DNA of 32,000 bases from Candidatus Syntropharchaeum caldarium (GTDB lineage Archaea > Halobacteriota > Syntropharchaeia > Syntropharchaeales > Syntropharchaeaceae): positions 1 through 32,000 of the forward strand of contig LYOS01000004.1 of the NCBI GenBank assembly GCA_001766815.1, written 5' to 3'. Under the pieces are notes generated by a model. It was not told the DNA's origin, did no database searches, and worked only from the letters and a program-made list of their open reading frames with translations. This document shows positions 1-8,743 of this stretch, piece after piece; position 1 is the stretch's first letter, and each line of letters opens with the position of its first letter. The position numbers were made by a program, and so were the translations under genes.

Positions 1-87
1 ACGTAGAGGTTCTGAGGAGGATAATCGAAAGAACATTCAGTAGGCTTGCAGAGAGCTTATCATTTGCTAAGTCGTGGATAGAAAAAT

Positions 88-699
88 TCATCCCATCGTG
101 GATTTAGTTTTGCGGGGGACTATAATTTTCGCTTCCACTCCACCAACCGCAGCAAAAGCCCAGCAACTTCCACAATAACCTTGATCTCTGACAGGAGTTA
201 TCCAATTCTTCCCATCTTTATTTCGCCAGTCAAAGGTAGTTGGATTCACCACTTCAAAATAGTTATTTTCTCTACTAATTCCGCTAACATTTTTAGATTT
301 GTATTCTATGGGAATTGCCCCCGCTGAAATCTTCTCATCAAGATCCATTAATTTCATAACAGACTTCGTTGTCTTATTCGGCAAAACACAAACAACACAT
401 TCTTGTGAAAAGGGATTTTTTCCATTCCTAACTGTTTCTATGTCATATCCATGAAGTTTGCAGTAAGAGTAATTCTGCCCGCACTTTCCTGTAAAGAAAT
501 CCCATGCATCACATGAAGTATTATCTGGAAATATACAAATACCTCTTTGCCCACTCTCATTGTCTGTTATTATTTTATATTCATATCCTAACTCATTGCA
601 ATAAGCAGCGGCTGGATTTGCCAATCCTATTCCCGTTTCATTCGAGTTAGATGTATTATTTTCCTTCATCATACACCCAGCAATAAGTGCCACAAACAT
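88..699 (-). CDS. Lipoprotein-like DUF333 (Cys-rich, putative-hemolysin-type) domain fused to only the first part of a papain-family (C1) cysteine peptidase domain; apparently truncated, probable gene fragment
   Basis: The N-terminus MFVALIAGC carries a lipobox-like [18 protein letters not shown]...[22 protein letters not shown] fits the DUF333 Cys pattern. [35 protein letters not shown] is the active-site Cys helix of C1 peptidases. The frame stops about a dozen codons later (TGA 85-87), before any His/Asn catalytic region. Confidence 0.6.
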   Translation of the reverse strand: MFVALIAGCMMKENNTSNSNETGIGLANPAAAYCNELGYEYKIITDNESGQRGICIFPDNTSCDAWDFFTGKCGQNYSYCKLHGYDIETVRNGKNPFSQECVVCVLPNKTTKSVMKLMDLDEKISAGAIPIEYKSKNVSGISRENNYFEVVNPTTFDWRNKDGKNWITPVRDQGYCGSCWAFAAVGGVEAKIIVPRKTKSTMG

Positions 700-1012
700 C
701 TAACACAGTTACTACAATCATTTTCTTTCCCACCACCAAAACCACCTCATACATACACTCCTCCAATTTCTGTGCACGCCCCAAATATAAACTTAACTAA
801 TTTCAAGGACAGAACTATGACATACGATCAGAATGAGTCGGGATAAAAAGACGATATTCACATCTATGCCAGAGGAGAGCACCCAATCTCATACGTTGCA
901 GGATCACACACATGATTCAACAACAGGATCACATCATCGTGCTCGACCTTGTTGCTGAAGGTTCTCTCCATTACTGTATCCTTTGGTTGATGATCCCTGC
1001 CTGAGCTATCTT

Positions 1013-2287
1013 CTATGTTGTACCCCCATCACCACGCCTTGCATTCCCTCGAGCCGCCTCTTTCTCCAGAACCCGTGACAACTCCTTGACGATTGCTTCG
1101 GCTATTACCTTCTTTGGACCTTTCGCGTACTTCACGCGCCCACTCGATATGATCCTGACCTCGTTATCGTCTGTGCCCATGCCAACCTTGCCGACATCAT
1201 TGGCAACGATCATCTCAATTCTGGATTCTTTCATCTTCTGCTTCGCACGATCGATCAGTTCCTCCACCGTAACGTTCGTCTCCGCCTTGAACCCCACGAT
1301 GAAAAGATCCTGAAACTTCGAGCGCACCTCATCGATCAGTTTGGCGGTCGGCTTCAGTATGATAGAGAGTTCTTCGCATCTTGACGGGATCTTCATTGAA
1401 GAAGGCTCGCACGTGTAGTCTGTTATCGCAGCAGCAGAGATCAGGATATCATAACCTTTTTCAAGCTCCTTGAGACAGGCTTCGGTCATCTCTGCAGCGC
1501 TTTCAACCTGAATCTCATTAATTCCTATCACATCGAGGACGTTATTATGGATGATCGTGACATCTGCACCCTGTCTGAAGCATTCTTTTGCAAGTTCGAC
1601 ACCTGTCTTTCCAGAACTGCGATTTGTGATGATTCTGATCGGATCGATCGACTCTGCGGTTGCACCAGATGTAATCAACACACGTTTTCCTGCGAGTGAT
1701 TTCTCTGAGAGCGTATGTTCAACCGCGAGTACAATATCCTTGATCTCTGCAAACTTTGCCTTCCCTTCCTCGAATCTCGGTCCAACGATGGTAACACCCA
1801 GATCTCGGAGCTTCTCAACGTGCTCTTTGAGGACAGGGTGGTTGTACATCGTCTCATGCATTGAAGGCACAAGCAGGATGGGGATATTTGATCCAAATGC
1901 GGTGATCGCAAAAGTTGTAACTGCGGTATCACCTATCGCGCAAGCAATCTTTCCGAGCGTGTTTGCGGTGCATGGAGCAACGAGGAAAAGATCCGCGGAT
2001 CCCTCCATCCCGAGAAACTCAACGTGCTCTATCTTTCCCATCAGCTTTGTGATCACCTCATGTCCCGTTGCATAGTGGAGTGTATACGGATGAATGATCT
2101 CCATCGCAGCTGGAGACATAACCGCATAAACATCTGCTCCATATCGAATAAGTTCCCTTGCAAGTTCCACCGTTTTTATTGAAGCTATACTGCCAGTTAC
2201 AGCCAGAACTATCTTTTTTCCAAGGAGCGAGTGACTTTTCGATCCTTTTATCCTTAAAGTGGGGTGAGGTCCCCTTGAATTATCCAT
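1013..2287 (-). CDS. coaBC: Bifunctional phosphopantothenoylcysteine decarboxylase / phosphopantothenate-cysteine ligase (CoaBC/Dfp)
   Basis: 424 aa. The N-terminal flavoprotein half reads KKIVLAVTGSIASIKTVELARELIRYGADVYAVMS...PCTANTLGKIACAIGD. The C-terminal ligase half reads KRVLITSGATAESIDPIRIITNRSSGKTG...ISAAAITDY. This is the typical Dfp two-domain layout. Confidence 0.93.
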   Translation of the reverse strand: MDNSRGPHPTLRIKGSKSHSLLGKKIVLAVTGSIASIKTVELARELIRYGADVYAVMSPAAMEIIHPYTLHYATGHEVITKLMGKIEHVEFLGMEGSADLFLVAPCTANTLGKIACAIGDTAVTTFAITAFGSNIPILLVPSMHETMYNHPVLKEHVEKLRDLGVTIVGPRFEEGKAKFAEIKDIVLAVEHTLSEKSLAGKRVLITSGATAESIDPIRIITNRSSGKTGVELAKECFRQGADVTIIHNNVLDVIGINEIQVESAAEMTEACLKELEKGYDILISAAAITDYTCEPSSMKIPSRCEELSIILKPTAKLIDEVRSKFQDLFIVGFKAETNVTVEELIDRAKQKMKESRIEMIVANDVGKVGMGTDDNEVRIISSGRVKYAKGPKKVIAEAIVKELSRVLEKEAARGNARRGDGGTT

Positions 2288-2291
2288 ACAA

Positions 2292-3206
2292 TCAAACCTC
2301 CAGGATACAGTTATATGAAGATTCCTTCTTACCGATCATAACAACCCTGCTTATCTCAACCTCGTTCCTGATACAGTATTCATCCATAAACTCAAGCAGA
2401 TCATCTGCAAATTCCTTTATCTCATGATGAGCTGGCATATTACCTCTATCGAGTCGCATACGGGAGTGTCCAAGATGCATGTATGATTTGACCTCGACAA
2501 AATCTGGTTTTGCCAGGCGGATAAGCTCGGCATAAGCTTCTGGATCTATCATATTAATACCCTTTATCAGTGTAAGCCTGATCGTCCTTCGCCAGTTTGC
2601 TTTTGCCATAATTTCAAGCGATTTCATAATATTTTCCCAGTAATCGCCCTCTGGCTGGCATACGTGCTCATACAGCACTTTGTTTGGCGCGTTAAGTGAT
2701 ATATAACACTGGGTCGGCCTCACTGCTTTAAGCACATCAGGATTTGTGCCATTTGTCACGAGAAAGGTGGTAAGACCCATCTTATTAAACTCATCGATGA
2801 GCTGTGGTAGATACGGATACATGGTTGGCTCACCAATCAGGGATATTGCAACATGTTTAGGTACCTCTGCCTCAAGCAGGCGTTTGTGGTCTGTTTTATC
2901 TGATCCACCATATCCTGACAACAATCGCCGATGCTCGGTCAAAACCCCTTTAATAAGCTCTGATGGCATATCCCAGATAATTTCCTCATTTTTATCGATG
3001 AAAGGACGCCAGCAGTGGATACATTCATGGTTGCAGTGAATGGAAGGGGTCATCTGGATGCAGCGATGAGAGGCGATTCCGTAAAACTTTCCTTTGTAGC
3101 ATAACTCACCACCTCTCAGTGCTCTTCGCAACCAGAGACACCTCTTTGTTGCACTGTGTTTGTGCTCACCGAAGAGATGATAACCCTGTGATTCAAGCAT
3201 CTTCAA
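2292..3206 (-). CDS. taw1: tRNA 4-demethylwyosine synthase (radical SAM, Taw1/TYW1 family)
   Basis: 304 aa. It has the radical-SAM cluster motif CNHECIHCWRP and upstream Cys residues for the auxiliary cluster (KRCLW...ELCYKGKFYGIASHRC). EPTMYPYLPQLIDEF and the overall length are typical of archaeal Taw1. It overlaps pdxT by 14 nt and ends 4 nt before coaBC. Confidence 0.9.
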   Translation of the reverse strand: MKMLESQGYHLFGEHKHSATKRCLWLRRALRGGELCYKGKFYGIASHRCIQMTPSIHCNHECIHCWRPFIDKNEEIIWDMPSELIKGVLTEHRRLLSGYGGSDKTDHKRLLEAEVPKHVAISLIGEPTMYPYLPQLIDEFNKMGLTTFLVTNGTNPDVLKAVRPTQCYISLNAPNKVLYEHVCQPEGDYWENIMKSLEIMAKANWRRTIRLTLIKGINMIDPEAYAELIRLAKPDFVEVKSYMHLGHSRMRLDRGNMPAHHEIKEFADDLLEFMDEYCIRNEVEISRVVMIGKKESSYNCILEV

Positions 3207-3750
3207 CCATCCTCAAAAAATATTCAAAGAGCCTCGCGTCGCCAAGAAGTTCAGGATGGAAAGCTGATGCAAGGATGTTCTTCTCTCTCGCAAGTACAAT
3301 CCCTTCTTTAATTTTTGCAAGAACCTCCACCCCTGGACCCACACGCTCTATAATCGGCGCACGGATGAAGACAGCTTTAAATGGCGCAGATCCAAGCACA
3401 GGAATCTTCAGCATCACCTCAAACGAATCGCGCTGTCTGCCAAATGCGTTCCTTACAACATCGGCATCCATCAACCCAAGCCCGTATTCTGATCTTCCAA
3501 CGATAACAAGCCCTGCACACGTCCCGAATATTGGTTTGCCCGCCTCATTTGCTTCGATGATCTCTTGATCAATCCCTTCCCTCTTCATCAGCCGCATAAA
3601 GGTTGTACTCTCACCACCTGGTATCACAACCCCGTCACAACCATCCAGTATACCTCTATGTTTGACGGGAATAACACTCGCACCTGCAGCTTCGATCGCC
3701 TGTTTATGCTCTGCGATATCTCCCTGAAGTGCAATAAGCGCGATTTTCAT
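3193..3750 (-). CDS. pdxT: Pyridoxal 5'-phosphate synthase glutaminase subunit PdxT
   Basis: 185 aa class-I glutamine amidotransferase. Motifs: MKIALIALQGD, VIPGGESTT, the nucleophile in PIFGTCAG, and a C-terminal FHPEL. Confidence 0.93.
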   Translation of the reverse strand: MKIALIALQGDIAEHKQAIEAAGASVIPVKHRGILDGCDGVVIPGGESTTFMRLMKREGIDQEIIEANEAGKPIFGTCAGLVIVGRSEYGLGLMDADVVRNAFGRQRDSFEVMLKIPVLGSAPFKAVFIRAPIIERVGPGVEVLAKIKEGIVLAREKNILASAFHPELLGDARLFEYFLRMVEDA

Positions 3751-3869
3751 CGAGGTTATTTATGACCCACGTTAATAAAGCTTATCAGCATCCGTCCTGG
3801 ACTACCATGAAAAATTGAGATCAAAACCTATTTATAATCTACCAGGTCTTATACCTTTGACTTTTTGTT

Positions 3870-3944
3870 GGGCCCATGGCTCAGTCTGGATAGAGCACCG
3901 GCCTTCTAAGCCGGGGGTCGGGGGTTCAAATCCCCCTGGGTCCG
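3870..3944 (+). tRNA. tRNA-Arg (anticodon UCU), no encoded CCA
   Basis: Hand-folded 75-nt cloverleaf. Acceptor GGGCCCA/TGGGTCC (one G-U). D arm GCTC-AGTCTGGATA-GAGC. Anticodon arm CCGGC-CTTCTAA-GCCGG (anticodon TCT). Variable loop GGGTC. T arm GGGGG-TTCAAAT-CCCCC. Discriminator G. Confidence 0.95.
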
Positions 3945-3949
3945 CTTGC

Positions 3950-4270
3950 TCATTTAAGCCTCCGGTCTTTTATGAGTGACTTGAATCGCATATCGTTCTC
4001 TATGTTGTTGATTGTATCAAGAAACTCGATCAGCGCTTTTGTATATGGGTTATCTTCATTGAGCCTTATGACCCTGGATGTCCCTATATCAGTTTCCTTC
4101 AGGATATTTGCTTTGAGCAGGTCTGCCACGACCTTTCGCACCGTTACATGGCTCTTTCCTGTTTTTTCTGTCAGTCCTGTTATGTTTGTAAAAAAGCTTC
4201 GATCGTTGTAGTATAAAAGAATTATTTGTAGATGTACTGACTTTCCGAGTATCGACTTTAATATCTTCAT
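3950..4270 (-). CDS. Small winged-helix DNA-binding protein (ArsR/MarR-like wHTH), function unknown
   Basis: 106 aa. The HTH-like segment is ITGLTEKTGKSHVTVRKVVADLLKANILKE, followed by a wing (TDIGTSRVIRLN). By eye it is lower in GC than its neighbours. It ends 5 nt from the 3' end of the convergent tRNA. Confidence 0.55.
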   Translation of the reverse strand: MKILKSILGKSVHLQIILLYYNDRSFFTNITGLTEKTGKSHVTVRKVVADLLKANILKETDIGTSRVIRLNEDNPYTKALIEFLDTINNIENDMRFKSLIKDRRLK

Positions 4271-4323
4271 GTTTATATTTTGGATCGAGGATCTATAAAT
4301 ATATATTTTTCATAGATGAAATT

Positions 4324-4352
4324 AAAAAACTTCAAATATAAGAAAAATAAAA
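4324..4352 (-). terminator. Oligo-T tracts downstream of clpB (archaeal-style terminator candidate)
   Basis: The minus strand after the clpB stop reads TAATAAATATTCTAATTTTATTTTTCTTATATTTGAAGTTTTTTAAT, with a T4AT5 tract and a T6 tract within 45 nt of the stop. Confidence 0.35.
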
Positions 4353-4364
4353 TTAGAATATTTA

Positions 4365-6974
4365 TTACTTTATTACATCAACCGTAAAATCGAGTCTGTC
4401 ATCATGTGCGTCAACGATCACCTTTGTTCTTTCTTTAACGCTGCCCTTGATGATCAGATGTGCAATCGGCGTCTCGATCTCTTTTTGAATTAGCCGTTTG
4501 AGCGGTCTTGCACCGAGACTTGGACTATAGCCATTTCTTGCAAGATATGTCTTTGCCGCATCTGTGAGTTCGATCTCAATCTTACGATCTTTGAGTCGAT
4601 CTTTGAGTATGCCGATCTGGATATCAACGATCTTCTTGAGATGCTCCTCACTGAGTGGTTCAAAGACGACGATCTCATCAACACGGTTCAGGAACTCTGG
4701 CTTGAAGTACTTCCTGAGCTCCTCCAGGACGGAGTTTTTCACCCAGTCATAATCTAAAGTGGTTGCCTGATCAAGGTAATCGAGTATATACTGGCTACCG
4801 ATGTTCGATGTCATAATGATCACCGTGTTCTTGAAGTCAACCGTTCTGCCATGTGAATCGGTGAGTCGACCATCATCCAGCATCTGTAGAAGTATGTTGA
4901 AGACGTCCTGGTGTGCCTTCTCGATCTCATCAAAGAGTATCACTGAGTATGGTTTTCGCCTGACCGCCTCTGTTAGTTGTCCACCCTCCTCATAACCAAC
5001 ATAGCCGGGTGGTGCACCGATCAACCTTGCAACGGTATGTTTCTCCATGTACTCCGACATATCGATGCGGATCATATTATTCTCATCATCGAAGAGGGCC
5101 TCTGCAAGTGCTCTCCCAAGCTCGGTCTTTCCAACGCCTGTGGGTCCAAGGAATATGAAGCTTCCGATTGGTCTGTTTGGATCTTTTATTCCAGCACGAG
5201 CACGAATGACTGCATCTGCCACGGCTTTAACAGCCTCATCCTGACCGACAACCCGTTTGTGAAGTTCCTCTTCGAGACGCATGAGCTTTTCCATCTCACC
5301 CTCTACAAGCTTTGATACTGGAATTCCGGTCCACTTGCTCACAACCTCTGCAATGTCTTCTTCATCGACCTCCTCTTTCAGGAGCATTCCGCGTTCCTGT
5401 TTTTCCTCAAGGCGTCGCTGCTCACCCTCAAGCTTACGCTCAAGATCGACAAGCTTTCCATATTTCAGTTCTGCAGCTCGATTAAGATCATAATCCCGTT
5501 CTGCTCGTTCAATCTCGAGTTTCAGGTCTTCTATCTCTTTTTTCAGCTTTCTGATACGATGAATTGCCTGTTTTTCCATCTGCCACTGTGCTTTAAGCGA
5601 GTCCCTCTCTGCACTAAGATCGGCAAGTTCACGTTCGATTTTTTCAAGCCTCTCCTTTGACTCAGGGTCAGACTCCTTCTTCAGAGCTTCTCGCTCGATC
5701 TCAAGCTGCATGATCCGTCGCTCGATCTCGTCAAGCTCTGATGGCATGCTGTCGATCTCTGTCCTGAGTTTTGCAGCAGCCTCGTCCACTAAATCGATCG
5801 CCTTATCGGGTAAAAACCTGTCAGAGATATAGCGATGGCTCAAAGTCGCAGCAGCTACAAGGGCAGAATCTTTTATCCTGACACCGTGAAAGACCTCGTA
5901 GCGTTCTTTCAAACCACGCAGGATTGAGATCGTATCCTCGACCGATGGCTCATCGACAAACACCTGCTGAAAACGCCGTTCAAGTGCTGCATCCTTCTCG
6001 ATGTACTTCCTGTACTCATCAAGTGTTGTCGCACCTATGCAGTGGAGTTCTCCACGAGCAAGCATCGGCTTAAGCAGATTACTCGCATCCATCGAGCCTT
6101 CTGCTGCTCCTGCTCCAACAACCGTGTGGATCTCGTCGATGAAGAGCAGTATCTCTCCCTCTGACTGCTGGATCTCATTCAATACAGCCTTCAGGCGATC
6201 CTCAAACTCTCCTCGATACTTCGCACCCGCGATCAGCGCACCCATATCGAGTGCAATGATCCGTTTATCCTTCAAACCTTCTGGAACATCCCCCTTAACG
6301 ATTCGCTGGGCTATACCCTCAACAATCGCTGTCTTTCCAACCCCTGGCTCACCTATCAGGACGGGATTGTTCTTTGTGCGCCTTGAGAGGATCTGAATCA
6401 CACGTCTTATGATCTCATCACGTCCGATGACAGGATCAAGTTTACCACTTCTTGCGAGCTTGGTCAGATCCCTGCCATAGCGCTCGAGAGACTCATAAGT
6501 ATCTTCTGGATTTGGAGATGTCACGCGTTGTGATCCCCTGACTTCACGAAGCACTTCCATTATGCGATCTTTTGTAATACCAGATCGAACCAGAAGCTCA
6601 CCTGCATCGCCGCCTTCTTCGATGATGCCGATAAGAAGGTGTTCAACGCTGACATACTCATCCTTCATGCGCTCTGCTTCCCTCTCGGCTACGTTGAACA
6701 CCCTGCCAAGATTCTGAGTCATATATGGTTGGGCAGTAGCACCAGCGCCTGATACACCAGGTTTTTTGCGAAGAAGTCCCTCGACATCCCTTTTAATGGC
6801 GTCTATCGGGACTTCCATCCTTTGAAGGAGTCTTGGAACAAGCCCCTCTGATTGATCGATCAGTGCGAGGAGTAGATGTTCAACATCAATCGCCTGATGG
6901 TTGTACGATGCTGCAATTGTGGTTGCAGCCTGTATAGCTTCCTGAGATTTTTGAGTAAATTTATCAATATTCAT
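4365..6974 (-). CDS. clpB: ATP-dependent disaggregase ClpB (two AAA+ modules with coiled-coil middle domain)
   Basis: 869 aa. It has an N-terminal Clp repeat domain and two Walker A motifs ([16 protein letters not shown]). A long coiled-coil M-domain ([21 protein letters not shown]...) is present. Walker B motifs are LFIDEIH and [10 protein letters not shown]. Confidence 0.97.
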   Translation of the reverse strand: MNIDKFTQKSQEAIQAATTIAASYNHQAIDVEHLLLALIDQSEGLVPRLLQRMEVPIDAIKRDVEGLLRKKPGVSGAGATAQPYMTQNLGRVFNVAEREAERMKDEYVSVEHLLIGIIEEGGDAGELLVRSGITKDRIMEVLREVRGSQRVTSPNPEDTYESLERYGRDLTKLARSGKLDPVIGRDEIIRRVIQILSRRTKNNPVLIGEPGVGKTAIVEGIAQRIVKGDVPEGLKDKRIIALDMGALIAGAKYRGEFEDRLKAVLNEIQQSEGEILLFIDEIHTVVGAGAAEGSMDASNLLKPMLARGELHCIGATTLDEYRKYIEKDAALERRFQQVFVDEPSVEDTISILRGLKERYEVFHGVRIKDSALVAAATLSHRYISDRFLPDKAIDLVDEAAAKLRTEIDSMPSELDEIERRIMQLEIEREALKKESDPESKERLEKIERELADLSAERDSLKAQWQMEKQAIHRIRKLKKEIEDLKLEIERAERDYDLNRAAELKYGKLVDLERKLEGEQRRLEEKQERGMLLKEEVDEEDIAEVVSKWTGIPVSKLVEGEMEKLMRLEEELHKRVVGQDEAVKAVADAVIRARAGIKDPNRPIGSFIFLGPTGVGKTELGRALAEALFDDENNMIRIDMSEYMEKHTVARLIGAPPGYVGYEEGGQLTEAVRRKPYSVILFDEIEKAHQDVFNILLQMLDDGRLTDSHGRTVDFKNTVIIMTSNIGSQYILDYLDQATTLDYDWVKNSVLEELRKYFKPEFLNRVDEIVVFEPLSEEHLKKIVDIQIGILKDRLKDRKIEIELTDAAKTYLARNGYSPSLGARPLKRLIQKEIETPIAHLIIKGSVKERTKVIVDAHDDRLDFTVDVIK

Positions 6975-7312
6975 ATTCTCACCCTGCTTCTTAAATAACG
7001 AATTTCACGCCTCAAATCCTCCATCTCATCGAGGAGGTTGAGAATTATCTCAATCCCGATAAGATTAACACCAAGATCTCTTCTCAACCGATAGATCTTT
7101 TTCAATCTCATGATCGTATCATTTGAGAAGTATGGCTTATCAAATAATTCAACTGCTGGCGTTATCAGTCCAATCTCGCGAAATCTGAGGATCAAATCCG
7201 GGTGTAGAGAACAGATCTCGGCGAGATCATCGATTGATAGGAGACCTTCTTTCATCAATTCAATATATAGAGGAGATAGTGTCAGATCCCCCTTCTTCTG
7301 CACTCGCATCAT
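6971..7312 (-). CDS. MerR-superfamily small protein resembling chaperone modulator CbpM / HspR-type heat-shock regulator
   Basis: 113 aa. The N-terminal HTH-like segment is [28 protein letters not shown]. The C-terminal [45 protein letters not shown] parallels the CbpM pattern (R-L-R-x-D/E-L...G-I...L-L-D...L...LR). It shares 4-nt overlaps with both dnaJ and clpB. Confidence 0.7.
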   Translation of the reverse strand: MMRVQKKGDLTLSPLYIELMKEGLLSIDDLAEICSLHPDLILRFREIGLITPAVELFDKPYFSNDTIMRLKKIYRLRRDLGVNLIGIEIILNLLDEMEDLRREIRYLRSRVRI

Positions 7313-8247
7313 CGATTGAGCCTCCTGAAGAGTTCTTCTCTCGGGTTCTCGGGGTGAAGTTCACCCAGCTTCCTGAAGAGTTCTTTACTCTTTTTATCTA
7401 TACGCTTAGGAATCACAATCTTGAGCTTGACGTACTGATCTCCGCGTCCACCGCCCTTTTTGTTAAGCCCTTTTCCCTTGAGACGAAGTTTCTTCCCGCT
7501 CTGGCTCATTGGTGGGATCTTCATACTCACCCTGCCATCAATCGTCGGAACGTCTATCGTTGTGCCCAGTACCGCTTCCCATGGCATTATTGGAACTTCA
7601 ACCGTAACTTCATCGCCGTCAACCTCAAAAACAGGGTGTGGTGCAATCTTGATCCTCAGGTATAGATCTCCAGCTTGCCCACCACCTATTCCTGGTTCGC
7701 CCTGGCCAGAAAGCCTGATCTTTGTCCCATCACGCACACCTTTCGGGATATTTACCTCAAGCTGCTTTGATCCCACTGTAATGAGCCGTTTTCCACCATT
7801 ATGTGCAACCTCAAGCGGGATCTCGACTTCTGCCTGAAGATCTTTGCCCTTCGTGGACCAGGTAGCTCCCCTTGCTGTTCTTTGAGTTTTCCTACCGAAT
7901 AGTGTCTCGAAGAAGTCGCTGAAACCACCAAGATCCTCCATTCCGCCAACGTTCCTGAATTCAAAGTGAATGCCGCCTGTATCAAATCCCGGTGGCGTCT
8001 TGAACTCCATGCCACTCTTCCAGTTTGAACCAAGCTGGTCGTACATCTTCCGCTTCTTAGGATCGCTCAGAACCTCGTAAGCCTCGTTTATATCCTTGAA
8101 CTTCTCTTCTGCCCAGCTTTTTTTATCTTCAGGGTGGAGATCGGGGTGATACTTCCTGGCAAGTTTTTTATACGCCTTCTTTATCTCATCCTCTGAAGCA
8201 CCCCGCTTTAACCCAAGAATTTTGTAGTAGTCTTTATACTCGGTCAT
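7309..8247 (-). CDS. dnaJ: DnaJ-family co-chaperone, class II / CbpA-type (J domain, G/F-rich linker, two C-terminal beta domains, no zinc-finger)
   Basis: 312 aa. The J domain is [31 protein letters not shown]. No CxxCxGxG repeats occur anywhere in the protein. The C-terminal substrate-binding domain repeats are present. Confidence 0.9.
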   Translation of the reverse strand: MTEYKDYYKILGLKRGASEDEIKKAYKKLARKYHPDLHPEDKKSWAEEKFKDINEAYEVLSDPKKRKMYDQLGSNWKSGMEFKTPPGFDTGGIHFEFRNVGGMEDLGGFSDFFETLFGRKTQRTARGATWSTKGKDLQAEVEIPLEVAHNGGKRLITVGSKQLEVNIPKGVRDGTKIRLSGQGEPGIGGGQAGDLYLRIKIAPHPVFEVDGDEVTVEVPIMPWEAVLGTTIDVPTIDGRVSMKIPPMSQSGKKLRLKGKGLNKKGGGRGDQYVKLKIVIPKRIDKKSKELFRKLGELHPENPREELFRRLNR

Positions 8248-8738
8248 GTCTGCTCATCATCTTGCTCATCATCTATATCCATTGCCACCTCAACCTTTGC
8301 AGGACGTAAGACTTTCTCGCCTATGAGATAGCCGCGCTGAAATTCCTTTGTGATCGTATGAGGAGGGTGATCGGAGGCTGGTGTCGTTGATATCGCATCA
8401 TGGAAGATCGGGTCAAAGACTTCGCCCACTGACTCGAATGGTCTGACCTCAAACTCAGCTAATGCTTTTAACAACCCCTCATAGATCGCTCTAAACCCTT
8501 CGAGGATGGGGTTGCTCTTATCATCCGATTCAAACGCCCTCTCAAAGTCATCCAGCACATTCAGAATCTTCAGGATAACTTCTTCTCTCCCCAGTTCGCG
8601 ATTCCTCACTCGATCCTTTTCTACCCGTTTTTTGTAGTTATCAAAGTCTGCAAGTGCCCGAAGATACTTATCGTTCAATTCATCGAGCTCATTCTGGAGA
8701 TTTTCAAGCTCTTCCTTCAGTTCTTCAGACACGCCCAT
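8244..8738 (-). CDS. grpE: Nucleotide exchange factor GrpE
   Basis: 164 aa. The N-terminal helix carries [17 protein letters not shown]. The C-terminal beta domain reads [10 protein letters not shown]...[14 protein letters not shown]. Confidence 0.93.
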   Translation of the reverse strand: MGVSEELKEELENLQNELDELNDKYLRALADFDNYKKRVEKDRVRNRELGREEVILKILNVLDDFERAFESDDKSNPILEGFRAIYEGLLKALAEFEVRPFESVGEVFDPIFHDAISTTPASDHPPHTITKEFQRGYLIGEKVLRPAKVEVAMDIDDEQDDEQT

Positions 8739-8743
8739 CTAAA

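Noticed and set aside
866-958. 30-codon His-rich ORF (MPEESTQSHTLQDHTHDSTTGSHHRARPCC) in the 700-1012 spacer
   Set aside because: It is too short, has no ribosome-binding motif or recognisable family, and cannot be supported from sequence alone.
986-1004. C/D-box sRNA candidate (TGATGA at 988-993, CTGA at 1001-1004)
   Set aside because: The box spacing is only 7 nt. No C'/D' pair or terminal stem is present, and it abuts the coaBC 3' end.
1551-2075. 174-aa plus-strand ORF, with neighbouring ORFs at 1086-1313 and 1675-1932, inside coaBC
   Set aside because: It is antisense or out of frame relative to a confidently identified gene. Its low-complexity Ser/Pro/Thr-rich translation is typical of shadow ORFs.
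4313-4325. 13-nt match TAGATGAAATTAA at 4313-4325 and 15972-15984, considered as possible att-like direct repeats
   Set aside because: Several 13-mer coincidences are expected in 32 kb of AT-rich spacer sequence. The enclosed interval contains essential genes (thrS, RFC, radB, fni).
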